From contig JALHUB010000301.1 in assembly GCA_022865685.1 (NCBI GenBank), positions 1-32,226 on the forward strand: a stretch of DNA of 32,226 nt, in the 5' to 3' direction. Within the stretch, counting starts at the first letter, position 1. Every line of letters starts with the position of its first letter. The stretch is from Dehalococcoidia bacterium. GTDB taxonomy: Bacteria; Chloroflexota; Dehalococcoidia; DSTF01; JALHUB01. Made by a program: the position numbers and the translations under genes. Below are positions 23,876 through 31,335 of the stretch, piece after piece. The notes beneath the pieces are model-generated. The model was not told the DNA's origin and did not search any database. It saw only the letters and a program-made list of their open reading frames with translations.

Positions 23876-24385
23876 CTAGCACGATTCGTCGGCGGCACGC
23901 AGCAGCGCCTGGCGCGGGTCGTTGTCGCCGTCCGGCGTCTCGTGGCAGCGGACGAGGTGCACGACCTCGTCGGAGGCGCCGGACGCCCGCACGAGCGAGG
24001 CGCCGCGCTCCGCGTGATTGGCGATGGCCGCCAGGGCGCCGCGCCATGAGCCGCTCTCGCTGGATGCGAGCTTTCGCAGCAGGCCCGGCGACGCCGCGCG
24101 AATGAGCACGAAGGCGACGCGATGCCAGAGCCTGATGCGCCCCTTACCCACGTCGTGAAGGAGGGCCGCGGACAGAAGGTCGCGGTCCGTCTGGTTTTGC
24201 CGGAGCAGCACGTGCAGCACGTCGAGGGAATGTCGCTGGTCGCGCGCCCTCATGGAGAAGAACAGGCGACGCTGGTCTTCGGTGAGCAGCCGCGCCACCT
24301 CGGCTCGTTCGTCGTCGTCGATGGATGCGCCGACGGAGCAGAAGAACTGGCGGGAGCGGTAGAGACTCCTAGCCAAAAACGCCAC
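23876..24385 (-). CDS. HD domain-containing protein
   Basis: DQRHSLDV, AALLHDVGK, HAERGA, HE, AD motifs. Confidence 0.88.
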   Translation of the reverse strand: MAFLARSLYRSRQFFCSVGASIDDDERAEVARLLTEDQRRLFFSMRARDQRHSLDVLHVLLRQNQTDRDLLSAALLHDVGKGRIRLWHRVAFVLIRAASPGLLRKLASSESGSWRGALAAIANHAERGASLVRASGASDEVVHLVRCHETPDGDNDPRQALLRAADESC

Positions 24386-25091
24386 CGCTCACCCCCGTGA
24401 ACGCGCCGGCGAGCCCGTTGATGGCCGGGGACATGACCTGGAGGATTCCCACGGAACCGCCCGACATCATGGGCAGCAGGAATAGGATCAACAGTATCGC
24501 CATGCCGTATTGCTCCAGGCTGGCAACCGCCTCCGAGAGGTCATGCGGTAGGATGCCGACGGCGATTCGGAAGCCATCGAGTGGAGCAACCGGTATGAGG
24601 TTGAAAATGGCCAGCACGATGTTGAAGATGACGGTGGCGCTCAGGAAGAGGCCCAGGTAGTCGGAAGCGCCCCAATAGGAAGCGCTGTTGTAAACGACGA
24701 ACGGCGTGTGCCAGGGCAAGATACCCGCACGTATGGGGAGTCCTGCCAGCCCGGCGATCACCAGGTTGGACAGCGGCCCGGCGACGGCGACGAGCGCCAT
24801 CCCCGTCTTCGGGCCGGTTCTCAGGCGGTACGGGTTGACCGGCGCCGGTTTGCCAAAGCCGAAGCCCACCAGGAACAAGAGGACGGTGCCGATCGGATCG
24901 AGGTGCGCCTTCGGGTTCAGCGTCAGGCGCCCCAGGTTCTTCGCGGTGCGGTCACCGAGAAGGAAGGCGGTGAGACAGTGGCTGAACTCGTGGATGGTGA
25001 TGCCGATCAGCAGCGCCCCCACGACGGAGCCGAAGAAGACGAGAAACAGCGTAAGGCTGACCCCCAGGAGGTCGGCATAGGCAAAGATCAA
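24369..25091 (-). CDS. Site-2 protease family (M50) membrane metalloprotease
   Basis: HEFSH, GDRTAKNLGRLTLNPKAHLDP, AGPLSN, FNLIPVAPLDG; TTG start. Confidence 0.95.
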   Translation of the reverse strand: MIFAYADLLGVSLTLFLVFFGSVVGALLIGITIHEFSHCLTAFLLGDRTAKNLGRLTLNPKAHLDPIGTVLLFLVGFGFGKPAPVNPYRLRTGPKTGMALVAVAGPLSNLVIAGLAGLPIRAGILPWHTPFVVYNSASYWGASDYLGLFLSATVIFNIVLAIFNLIPVAPLDGFRIAVGILPHDLSEAVASLEQYGMAILLILFLLPMMSGGSVGILQVMSPAINGLAGAFTGVSGGVFG

Positions 25092-25120
25092 GGTTTCATC
25101 CTTAATTTTCTATCACAAAT

Positions 25121-25129
25121 ATTATAGCA
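25121..25129 (-). promoter_or_regulatory. Extended -10 promoter for the site-2 protease to gmk operon
   Basis: Minus strand TGcTATAAT 30 nt upstream of the start, in an AT-rich patch. Confidence 0.65.
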
Positions 25130-25224
25130 TGCCGCTTGGAGGCGAATTTGCCGTCGATTCTGACGGAACGGGTCCGCTGGTTCCCGATTGACCGCGACAG
25201 CGCCACGACTCAAACTTGTAGACG

Positions 25225-25515
25225 ATGTGGACGGTGATCGGGCTCGTCGCGGTTGCGGCCGGCGTCGTGCTGCTCGTGGTCTGGCACGGGCGCAACTTCG
25301 CCTATCGCTGCCGGCGCTGCGGCAACGAGTTCGCGATTTCGACGGCGCTCGACTTCGTCAGTCCGCACGGCATCTGGTTCGACGGCGGCTGGAAGCTGCT
25401 GCGCTGTCCGGGATGCCGTCGCTGGACGCGGGCGCGCATGATACGACGGCAGGAGATGGGAAGTGGCGACGGGAGGAAAGAGGGCCACGCTGACGTGGCA
25501 TCGGGCGGTGTCTAG
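25225..25515 (+). CDS. Small membrane-anchored Zn-ribbon protein
   Basis: N-terminal TM helix, then YRCRRCG..F and LLRCPGC (CxxC-x25-CxxC-like). Confidence 0.75.
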   Translation: MWTVIGLVAVAAGVVLLVVWHGRNFAYRCRRCGNEFAISTALDFVSPHGIWFDGGWKLLRCPGCRRWTRARMIRRQEMGSGDGRKEGHADVASGGV

Positions 25516-25606
25516 GGCAGACACGAGGGCCTTTCGAAGCCGGGTGTCGATGGCAGCGTCGGGACGCGTTGGGCACAGACACTTCCCGCAACGAAGCTCT
25601 TTTGCC

Positions 25607-25636
25607 TTGACAGGCCATTCGGCGCCTTGCTAGACT
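25607..25636 (+). promoter_or_regulatory. Promoter of dedA
   Basis: TTGACA-N18-TAGACT with TGc extension. Confidence 0.6.
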
Positions 25637-25670
25637 CGGCCGACAAATGCAGACCCGGGAGACGTAAACA

Positions 25671-26327
25671 CTGACCGGCGGAATAGAGAACGCACTACTC
25701 GACTTCATACGCGGCACCTACGACGTCATTTCCTGGCCGGGCGTCGCGGTGCTCATGGCAATCGAAAGCGCCTGCATACCCCTTCCCAGCGAGATCATAA
25801 TGCCCCTCGCGGGCTGGATGCTTGTCAAGGATCACGGACTGGGCGTGCCCTGGCTGTTCGTGGCCGCATTCGTCGGCGCGGCGGGCAATCTGGCAGGCTC
25901 GTTGCTTGCGTACTACATCGGCGCCATCGGAGGGCGGCCGCTGGTCAATCGCTACGGACGCTTCGTCCTCATGTCCCCACACGACCTCGACGTCGCCGAG
26001 AGGTGGTTTACAAAGTACGGAAGCTGGGCTATATTCTTCTCACGTGTGCTGCCCGTGGTGCGGACGTTCATCAGCCTGCCGGCGGGCCTCGCGCGGATGA
26101 ACGTATGGCGGTTCAGCCTGTATACATTCGCCGGTTCCCTTCCCTGGTCGCTGGGGCTGGCCTGGGCCGGCTACATTCTGGGAGAGCACTGGGAGAGGAT
26201 CCGCAACTGGATGCGACCGGCCGACGTGCCGATTCTCATAGTGGTCGTGCTGCTCATAGGCTGGTACATTTACCTGCACGTCAAGAGGTACCGGCAGAAA
26301 CCGGAAGCATCGACGCCTGAGGCATAG
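25671..26327 (+). CDS. dedA: DedA family membrane protein (probable CTG start)
   Basis: MAIESACIPLPSEIIMPLAG, WFTKYG, SRVLPVVRTFISLPAG. The frame opens after TAA 25665-25667; RBS GGGAGA lies 8 nt before CTG 25671. Confidence 0.9.
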   Translation: MTGGIENALLDFIRGTYDVISWPGVAVLMAIESACIPLPSEIIMPLAGWMLVKDHGLGVPWLFVAAFVGAAGNLAGSLLAYYIGAIGGRPLVNRYGRFVLMSPHDLDVAERWFTKYGSWAIFFSRVLPVVRTFISLPAGLARMNVWRFSLYTFAGSLPWSLGLAWAGYILGEHWERIRNWMRPADVPILIVVVLLIGWYIYLHVKRYRQKPEASTPEA

Positions 26328-26408
26328 ACGAGGGTCAGAAGGCACGGGGACCCGCCCGACAAGCGGAGACACTGTGCGGGTCCAGCCTGGAGACGCGAAG
26401 TCAGGGAT

Positions 26409-27587
26409 ATGATTTTGACCCAAGGCGCTGTTCGCGTCCTGCGACGGACCGGCAAGGCGGTTGGCGTCGTCGTTGTGGTGGGCGCGCTCGCGGTCGGGCT
26501 GTGGTCAGGCGTCAGCGCCCTCAGGGGCGACGAAAACGGCGCCGCAAAGGCCGGCGGCTCTCCTCTACTTATCTATAGCGAGTTCGGCCGCAACTCCGAC
26601 ACCATCTGGGCCGCTCCGGCCGACGACCCTTCTCGTCGCAGCAGACTAACCACTATCGACCACGCTCCTGAGTACGGCGTCGTCGCCGGCCTCTCACCCG
26701 ACGCAGAGCACATCGCCTACACGGTCCTGCCTCCGGGCGGCACCGCTGCCATCGATGCGCCGGCGGAAGTCTGGCTAATGGACCGCGATGGCCGGAATCG
26801 CAAGCGTCTGGCCGCCGATGCGGACCTGCCGGTGGCGCCCGTGTGGTCGCCGGACGGCTCTGCGGTCGTCTTCCGCCGCAGCGACAACAGTGAGTCGGGC
26901 GGCCACTTCCAACTCGTCCAGGTCACGACGTTGGGCGTCAGGAGGACGCTCGTCGACACGACGGCCGGCGTCATGCCCGTCGGCTTCACTCCCGATGGGT
27001 CCCTCTACTTCGTGAGCCTCTCGACTTCCGGCACCGACCTCGGCGTCGTCTACCCGTCCGGCGGGGTAATGTCGAATGTCGCGCACCTGAGCGACGACTT
27101 CGCTCGCGACTGGCACCTTTCGCCGGACGGCACCCGATTGGCGTACCTCGCTCCTAGACAGACCACGAGCGGCGTGTCCTACGGCGCGGTAGTACTCGAT
27201 CTCGACGATGGAGCGCCTAACCAGCTCAGGGCGGCGGCCGCTCCCAGCAGTCAGGCGGACGAGTTCAACCCGATCTGGCGCCCCGATGGCACAGGAGTCA
27301 CCATCGGTCGCCTGGCGCCGAACGCCGCGGGAGGAGCGCCGGTGCTCCAGATCGCCGCGGCAGGCGGTCCGGCGGTAAGCGCGCTGGCGGCGCCGTCGCG
27401 GGGGTTCGACGTGCCCCTAGCCTGGTCGTCGGATGCCGGCTACCTGGCGGCGCGCTTCTTTGAAGGGAGCTCGGTCACAAACCCCGGCCGCAGCTGGGTG
27501 ACAGTCGTAGGCGCGGACGGCAAGCGACAGACTGTGTCGCCCAACAGCGACGTCGAGGTCATGGGATGGGTGGATAGCGGAGGATAG
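26409..27587 (+). CDS. Exported/membrane-anchored TolB-like (PD40) beta-propeller protein
   Basis: N-terminal basic plus hydrophobic segment; repeated LSPDA, PVWSPDGS, FTPDGS, LSPDGTRLAY, PIWRPDG, LAWSSDA blades. Confidence 0.82.
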   Translation: MILTQGAVRVLRRTGKAVGVVVVVGALAVGLWSGVSALRGDENGAAKAGGSPLLIYSEFGRNSDTIWAAPADDPSRRSRLTTIDHAPEYGVVAGLSPDAEHIAYTVLPPGGTAAIDAPAEVWLMDRDGRNRKRLAADADLPVAPVWSPDGSAVVFRRSDNSESGGHFQLVQVTTLGVRRTLVDTTAGVMPVGFTPDGSLYFVSLSTSGTDLGVVYPSGGVMSNVAHLSDDFARDWHLSPDGTRLAYLAPRQTTSGVSYGAVVLDLDDGAPNQLRAAAAPSSQADEFNPIWRPDGTGVTIGRLAPNAAGGAPVLQIAAAGGPAVSALAAPSRGFDVPLAWSSDAGYLAARFFEGSSVTNPGRSWVTVVGADGKRQTVSPNSDVEVMGWVDSGG

Positions 27588-27595
27588 GACGCGCG

Positions 27596-28936
27596 GTGAA
27601 GCGCTTCGCCCTCGTTGCACTCGTACTCGCCATCGCCGCCTCAGTGTCAATGGGCGAGAAGGCGCCGCGGGCCACCGCCTGCGCCTTCTCGGTTGCGCCG
27701 ACGGCGTACGAGGGTCCAAAGGACCGCTCGCTGAACCTCAAGGCGATGGACCTGGCGGCATACAACATGATCGCGCCGGGAAACACCTTCTTCGGGCTGC
27801 CGCGCATCGAGAAAGGGCTCCGGGAGAAACGCAGCAGCGTCGAGCCGGTCATCCCGCCGATCCTGCTGAAGTCGATTAGCTGGATAGAAAGCGTCACCAC
27901 CCAGACCACGCGCGATGCTCCTTTCGGCGGCATCGGACCCGCGCTCATCTCCTTCGACTGCGGCCACGGCGTGATGCAGGTGACGAGCGGTATGACAGTG
28001 CCGCTGGGCACAGACGGCTTCGCCACGCCCGACCAGCTCCTTGTGGCGACTCACTACGCGTACAACATCGCCCGCGGCGCGGTCATCCTCGCCGACAAGT
28101 GGAACGCGGCTCCGGACTACCGCCCGATAGCGGGGACCGACACCGACTCCAACCCGAGCATCGTGGAGAACTGGTATTTCGCGGTCTGGAGCTATAATGG
28201 CTTCACGGGCCCGGGCGCCAAGCGCAGTAACCACCCCATGGACCCTGTATATGGCGCCTGGCCGCGCACACCGTATAGCTGCGGCGCCGCGAACGACGGC
28301 TTCGGCCACAACCGTGGCAGCTATCCTTACCAGGAGCTGGTCTGGGGCTGCGCTACCCGGCCGCCGGTCGTCGACGGCAGACAGCTTTGGGCGCCATTTG
28401 AGCTGAGCCTCCCTGACCTGAACGACTCTCGCTGGCGCAACCCGTTGCAGCTCGCGAACTGGAAATCACCGTACGTAGGCATGGACATGCCGACGCCGCT
28501 GCCGTCGCACGTCGACGGGACACCGCAGCCTCCGACGTCGATCCTCTACTCCATCCTTGGCTTGCCGAAGCTGGGCGTGCACAAGAGCAACATCTCGATA
28601 ACCGTTAAGGATGACGGGACCGCGGAGCCTCAGGAGGTCGAGATCGGAAACGCGGGCACGGGCGTGCTGGCCTGGGGCGCCACGTCCTCGGCGTCGTGGC
28701 TAAGCGTGTCGCCGGCGGCGGGCGTGGCCATCGCCAACGACGTATATTGCAGCGCAGGCGATCAGTGCGAGCGCGACGGCAAGCTGACCTTGAGCGTGAA
28801 CCCGTCCGGGTTGCGCAGCGGCAGCCAGCGCGCCACCGTACGGGTGTATTCGCCGCAGACCAAGGATACTCAGACAATAACGGTGACTATCGCCTCGGTG
28901 GGGAAGACCGGCGTTCCGGGGATCGTCAAGAACTAG
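27596..28936 (+). CDS. Secreted protein with an SLT/lysozyme-like domain and a C-terminal BACON/Ig-like domain
   Basis: Signal peptide MKRFALVALVLAIAA; SLT-like motifs WIES, GHGVMQV, YNIARGAVIL, WYFAVWSYNG; C-terminal IGNAGTGVLAW..SSASWLSVSP..LTLSVNPSGL. Confidence 0.75.
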   Translation: MKRFALVALVLAIAASVSMGEKAPRATACAFSVAPTAYEGPKDRSLNLKAMDLAAYNMIAPGNTFFGLPRIEKGLREKRSSVEPVIPPILLKSISWIESVTTQTTRDAPFGGIGPALISFDCGHGVMQVTSGMTVPLGTDGFATPDQLLVATHYAYNIARGAVILADKWNAAPDYRPIAGTDTDSNPSIVENWYFAVWSYNGFTGPGAKRSNHPMDPVYGAWPRTPYSCGAANDGFGHNRGSYPYQELVWGCATRPPVVDGRQLWAPFELSLPDLNDSRWRNPLQLANWKSPYVGMDMPTPLPSHVDGTPQPPTSILYSILGLPKLGVHKSNISITVKDDGTAEPQEVEIGNAGTGVLAWGATSSASWLSVSPAAGVAIANDVYCSAGDQCERDGKLTLSVNPSGLRSGSQRATVRVYSPQTKDTQTITVTIASVGKTGVPGIVKN

Positions 28937-28982
28937 CGGCTCGTTCGCCGATGAAGAACGGCCTCGCGCGCGGAAGTCGCTG

Positions 28983-28991
28983 TGCTATACT
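28983..28991 (+). promoter_or_regulatory. Extended -10 promoter for the DUF6391-like gene and tRNA
   Basis: TGcTATACT, followed by RBS GAGGAG. Confidence 0.55.
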
Positions 28992-29015
28992 CGATTTGGG
29001 GGTTGAGGAGGAGAA

Positions 29016-29504
29016 ATGTTAAGGGAACTGATAGGTTCCGTTCGCCGGAATCATGCTTTGGAGCATGCGACGATATCTATCCTGATGGGGCGGCTCGGTC
29101 CTGACACGCGACTTGTCGGTTGGGCCACTGCCAGCGGATTCTACATATACGGTAATGTCCCCAGCGAGGACGTCGAGGCGTCCGCGGAGCAGGGTCTAAG
29201 CCGTCTTCAAGCGGGAGAGTCGGTGCTGGCGGTCTCTCCGCTGTGCGGCACGAACTTGGCCGTCGCGGGAGTCCTCGCCGGACTGGCGTCGACAGTGAGC
29301 GCGGGGAATCGGAGTCGCTGGGAGCGGCTACCCGGCGTCCTACTGGCGTCGATGCTGGCCGTGCTGGCGGCGCAACCGCTGGGTCGCTGGCTGCAGAAGC
29401 ACGTGACGACAAGTCCTGACCTCCGCGACGTGGAGATAGTGGGAGTGCGCGGCAGCGGACGTCAGCGGGGGAACTACTATAAGGTAGAGACCGCACGCCG
29501 ATGA
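29016..29504 (+). CDS. DUF6391-like membrane-associated protein
   Basis: VRRNHALEHATI, GFYIYG, LAVSPLCGTN, PLGRWLQKHVTT motifs recalled for this family; strong RBS. Confidence 0.75.
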   Translation: MLRELIGSVRRNHALEHATISILMGRLGPDTRLVGWATASGFYIYGNVPSEDVEASAEQGLSRLQAGESVLAVSPLCGTNLAVAGVLAGLASTVSAGNRSRWERLPGVLLASMLAVLAAQPLGRWLQKHVTTSPDLRDVEIVGVRGSGRQRGNYYKVETARR

Positions 29505-29511
29505 GCGGAGC

Positions 29512-29587
29512 GTCCCTGTAGCTCAGAGGAAAGAGCGGCTGCCTTCTAAGCAGCGGGTCGGGGGTTCGAATCCCTCCAGGGACGCCA
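29512..29587 (+). tRNA. tRNA-Arg (anticodon TCT)
   Basis: Acceptor GTCCCTG/CAGGGAC + G + encoded CCA; D stem GCTC/GAGC; anticodon arm GCTGC-CTTCTAA-GCAGC; T arm GGGGG-TTCGAAT-CCCTC; 76 nt. Confidence 0.97.
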
Positions 29588-29795
29588 AAAGCCGCAAGTT
29601 CCACACAACGACCCCAACAAGGCGATGACAATCGTGAGGTGCGCTCGTCGAGCGCACTGATATTCTGCGCGCCGCGGGAGACAGTCGCAACGCCCCGCAG
29701 TAAGGTGCGTGTTCAAGCCTCTCCCAGGATGGACTGAGCCGATGCGACCGTGCCGTCGCGCACTCGTGGCCTGAGCCGACATAACGCACGGCCGC

Positions 29796-29823
29796 TTGAC
29801 AAGCGCTTCGCCGCAGCTATACT
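29796..29823 (+). promoter_or_regulatory. Promoter of HTH-PAS regulator copy 1
   Basis: TTGACA-N16-TATACT; hexamers conserved in copy 2 while the spacer differs. Confidence 0.7.
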
Positions 29824-29952
29824 TTAGGCGCTGGCATCTCGCGCCTGACCATCCCCGCTTGCCGATGCCGCCAACAGGGAGGTTGCGCGGATGCATGTTG
29901 CCGCTGTCCCGCCACTCCAACCCTGTGCCGCTGCGTCCTCATCGGAGGCGAC

Positions 29953-30501
29953 GTGAAAAGCGATGGGAAGTGGGACAAGCTCGACCCCCGCGAGCGGCAA
30001 ATCGCTGAGCTCCTGCTGCAGGGGAAGAGCAACGCGGCTATCTGCGCAGAGGTCTTCCTATCCAGAGCACGCGTTCAGGACTGCATCAAGGGGATCTTGA
30101 TCAAGACGGGAGCAGACAGCACGAGAGGCGCTATCGCTCTGCTCGTTGGGGAGAGGGAGACCCTATCCCTGCTCCGCGTGCTGGAGCAAGCGTCAGACGG
30201 TGTGATAATCATACAAGATCGACTTGTGAAGTTCGCCAATAGGGCCATGGAATCGATCCACGAGTATGAACCCAACGGAATGACGGGGAAGTACTTCTTA
30301 GACCTGATTGCTCCCGCATCCAGGGATGTTATGAGCAAGCGTTATGAACTGAGAGTGCAGGGTGAGTCTGTTCCTACCACCTATGCGATCAGAATCCTGT
30401 GCAAGGGCGGGCAAGAGAAGGACGCAATGATAGCCAGCGCAGGCCAGATCAGCTACTGCGGCAGGCCTGCCATCCTGGGGATTGTAGTCGAGCGCATATG
30501 A
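29953..30501 (+). CDS. Transcriptional regulator, N-terminal LuxR-type HTH + C-terminal PAS domain (copy 1)
   Basis: LDPRERQIAELLLQGKSNAAICAEVFLSRARVQDCIKGILIKTG (GerE/LuxR HTH pattern); VLEQASDGVIIIQDRLVKFANRA..GKYFLDLIAP..YCGRPAILGIV (PAS); RBS GGAGG, GTG start. Confidence 0.88.
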   Translation: MKSDGKWDKLDPRERQIAELLLQGKSNAAICAEVFLSRARVQDCIKGILIKTGADSTRGAIALLVGERETLSLLRVLEQASDGVIIIQDRLVKFANRAMESIHEYEPNGMTGKYFLDLIAPASRDVMSKRYELRVQGESVPTTYAIRILCKGGQEKDAMIASAGQISYCGRPAILGIVVERI

Positions 30502-30631
30502 GAGGAACAAGCTCGGGCTCAGTATCCTGTCCTAGACATTTGTCTCATTCTTCGACTTCCTTCGGTAAGGGAATCTGGAGAGACCTTGGCGTCGCGCACT
30601 CGTGGCCTGAGTCGACATAACGCACACCCGC

Positions 30632-30659
30632 TTGACTAGTGCCTCGCCGGAGCTATACT
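30632..30659 (+). promoter_or_regulatory. Promoter of HTH-PAS regulator copy 2
   Basis: TTGACT-N16-TATACT. Confidence 0.7.
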
Positions 30660-30786
30660 TAGCGCGTTGGCATCTCGCTCCTGACTATCCCCGCTTGCCG
30701 ATGCCGCCAACAGGAAGGTTGCGGATGCATCTTGCCGCTGTCCTGCTACTCCAACCCTGTGCCGGCGTGTGCTCATCGGAGGCGAC

Positions 30787-31335
30787 GTGATAAGCGACTG
30801 GAAGTGGGACACGCTCGACCCCACTGAGCGGCACATCGCTGAGCTTCTAGTGCAGGGGAAGAGCAACGTGGCCATCTGTGCAGAGGTCTTCCTATGCAGA
30901 GCACGCGTTCAGGACTGCATCAAGGGGATCTTGATCAAGACGGGAGCAGACAGCACGAGAGGCGCTATCGCTCTGCTCGTTGGGGAGAGGGAGACCCTAT
31001 CCCTACTTCGCGTGCTGGAGCAAGCGACGGACGGCGTGGTAATCATACAAGATCGACTTGTGAAGTTCGCCAATAGGGCCCTGGAAAGGATCCACTGTTA
31101 TGAACCCAACGGAATGGTGGGGATGCCCTTCGTAGAGCTGTCAGCTCCGGGATCTAGGAGCGCCACGATCAATCACTACGAACGGAGAATGCGGGGTGAG
31201 CCAGCTCCTACCAGCTATGCGATCAGAATCCTTTGCAGGGATGGGCAAGAGAAGGACGCAATGGTAGCCAGCGCGGGCCAGATCAGTTACTGCGGCAGGC
31301 CTGCCATCCTGGGGATTGTAGTCGAGCGCACATGA
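30787..31335 (+). CDS. Transcriptional regulator, N-terminal LuxR-type HTH + C-terminal PAS domain (copy 2)
   Basis: 182 aa, about 80% identical to copy 1 by manual alignment (36 differences); GTG 30787 after GGAGG. Confidence 0.88.
   Translation: MISDWKWDTLDPTERHIAELLVQGKSNVAICAEVFLCRARVQDCIKGILIKTGADSTRGAIALLVGERETLSLLRVLEQATDGVVIIQDRLVKFANRALERIHCYEPNGMVGMPFVELSAPGSRSATINHYERRMRGEPAPTSYAIRILCRDGQEKDAMVASAGQISYCGRPAILGIVVERT

Noticed and set aside
25101-25118. Third Rex box downstream of the site-2 protease -10 (minus strand TTGTGAT-AGAA-AATTAAG)
   Set aside because: Only one half-site resembles the consensus.
29588-29745. Integrase, att repeat or CRISPR array next to the tRNA
   Set aside because: No recombinase ORF, no repeat of the tRNA 3' end and no regularly spaced repeats in the window.
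30270-31230. Diversity-generating retroelement TR/VR pair explaining the variable PAS segment
   Set aside because: Mismatches between copies involve all four bases rather than only adenines; both copies are full genes; no reverse transcriptase is present.
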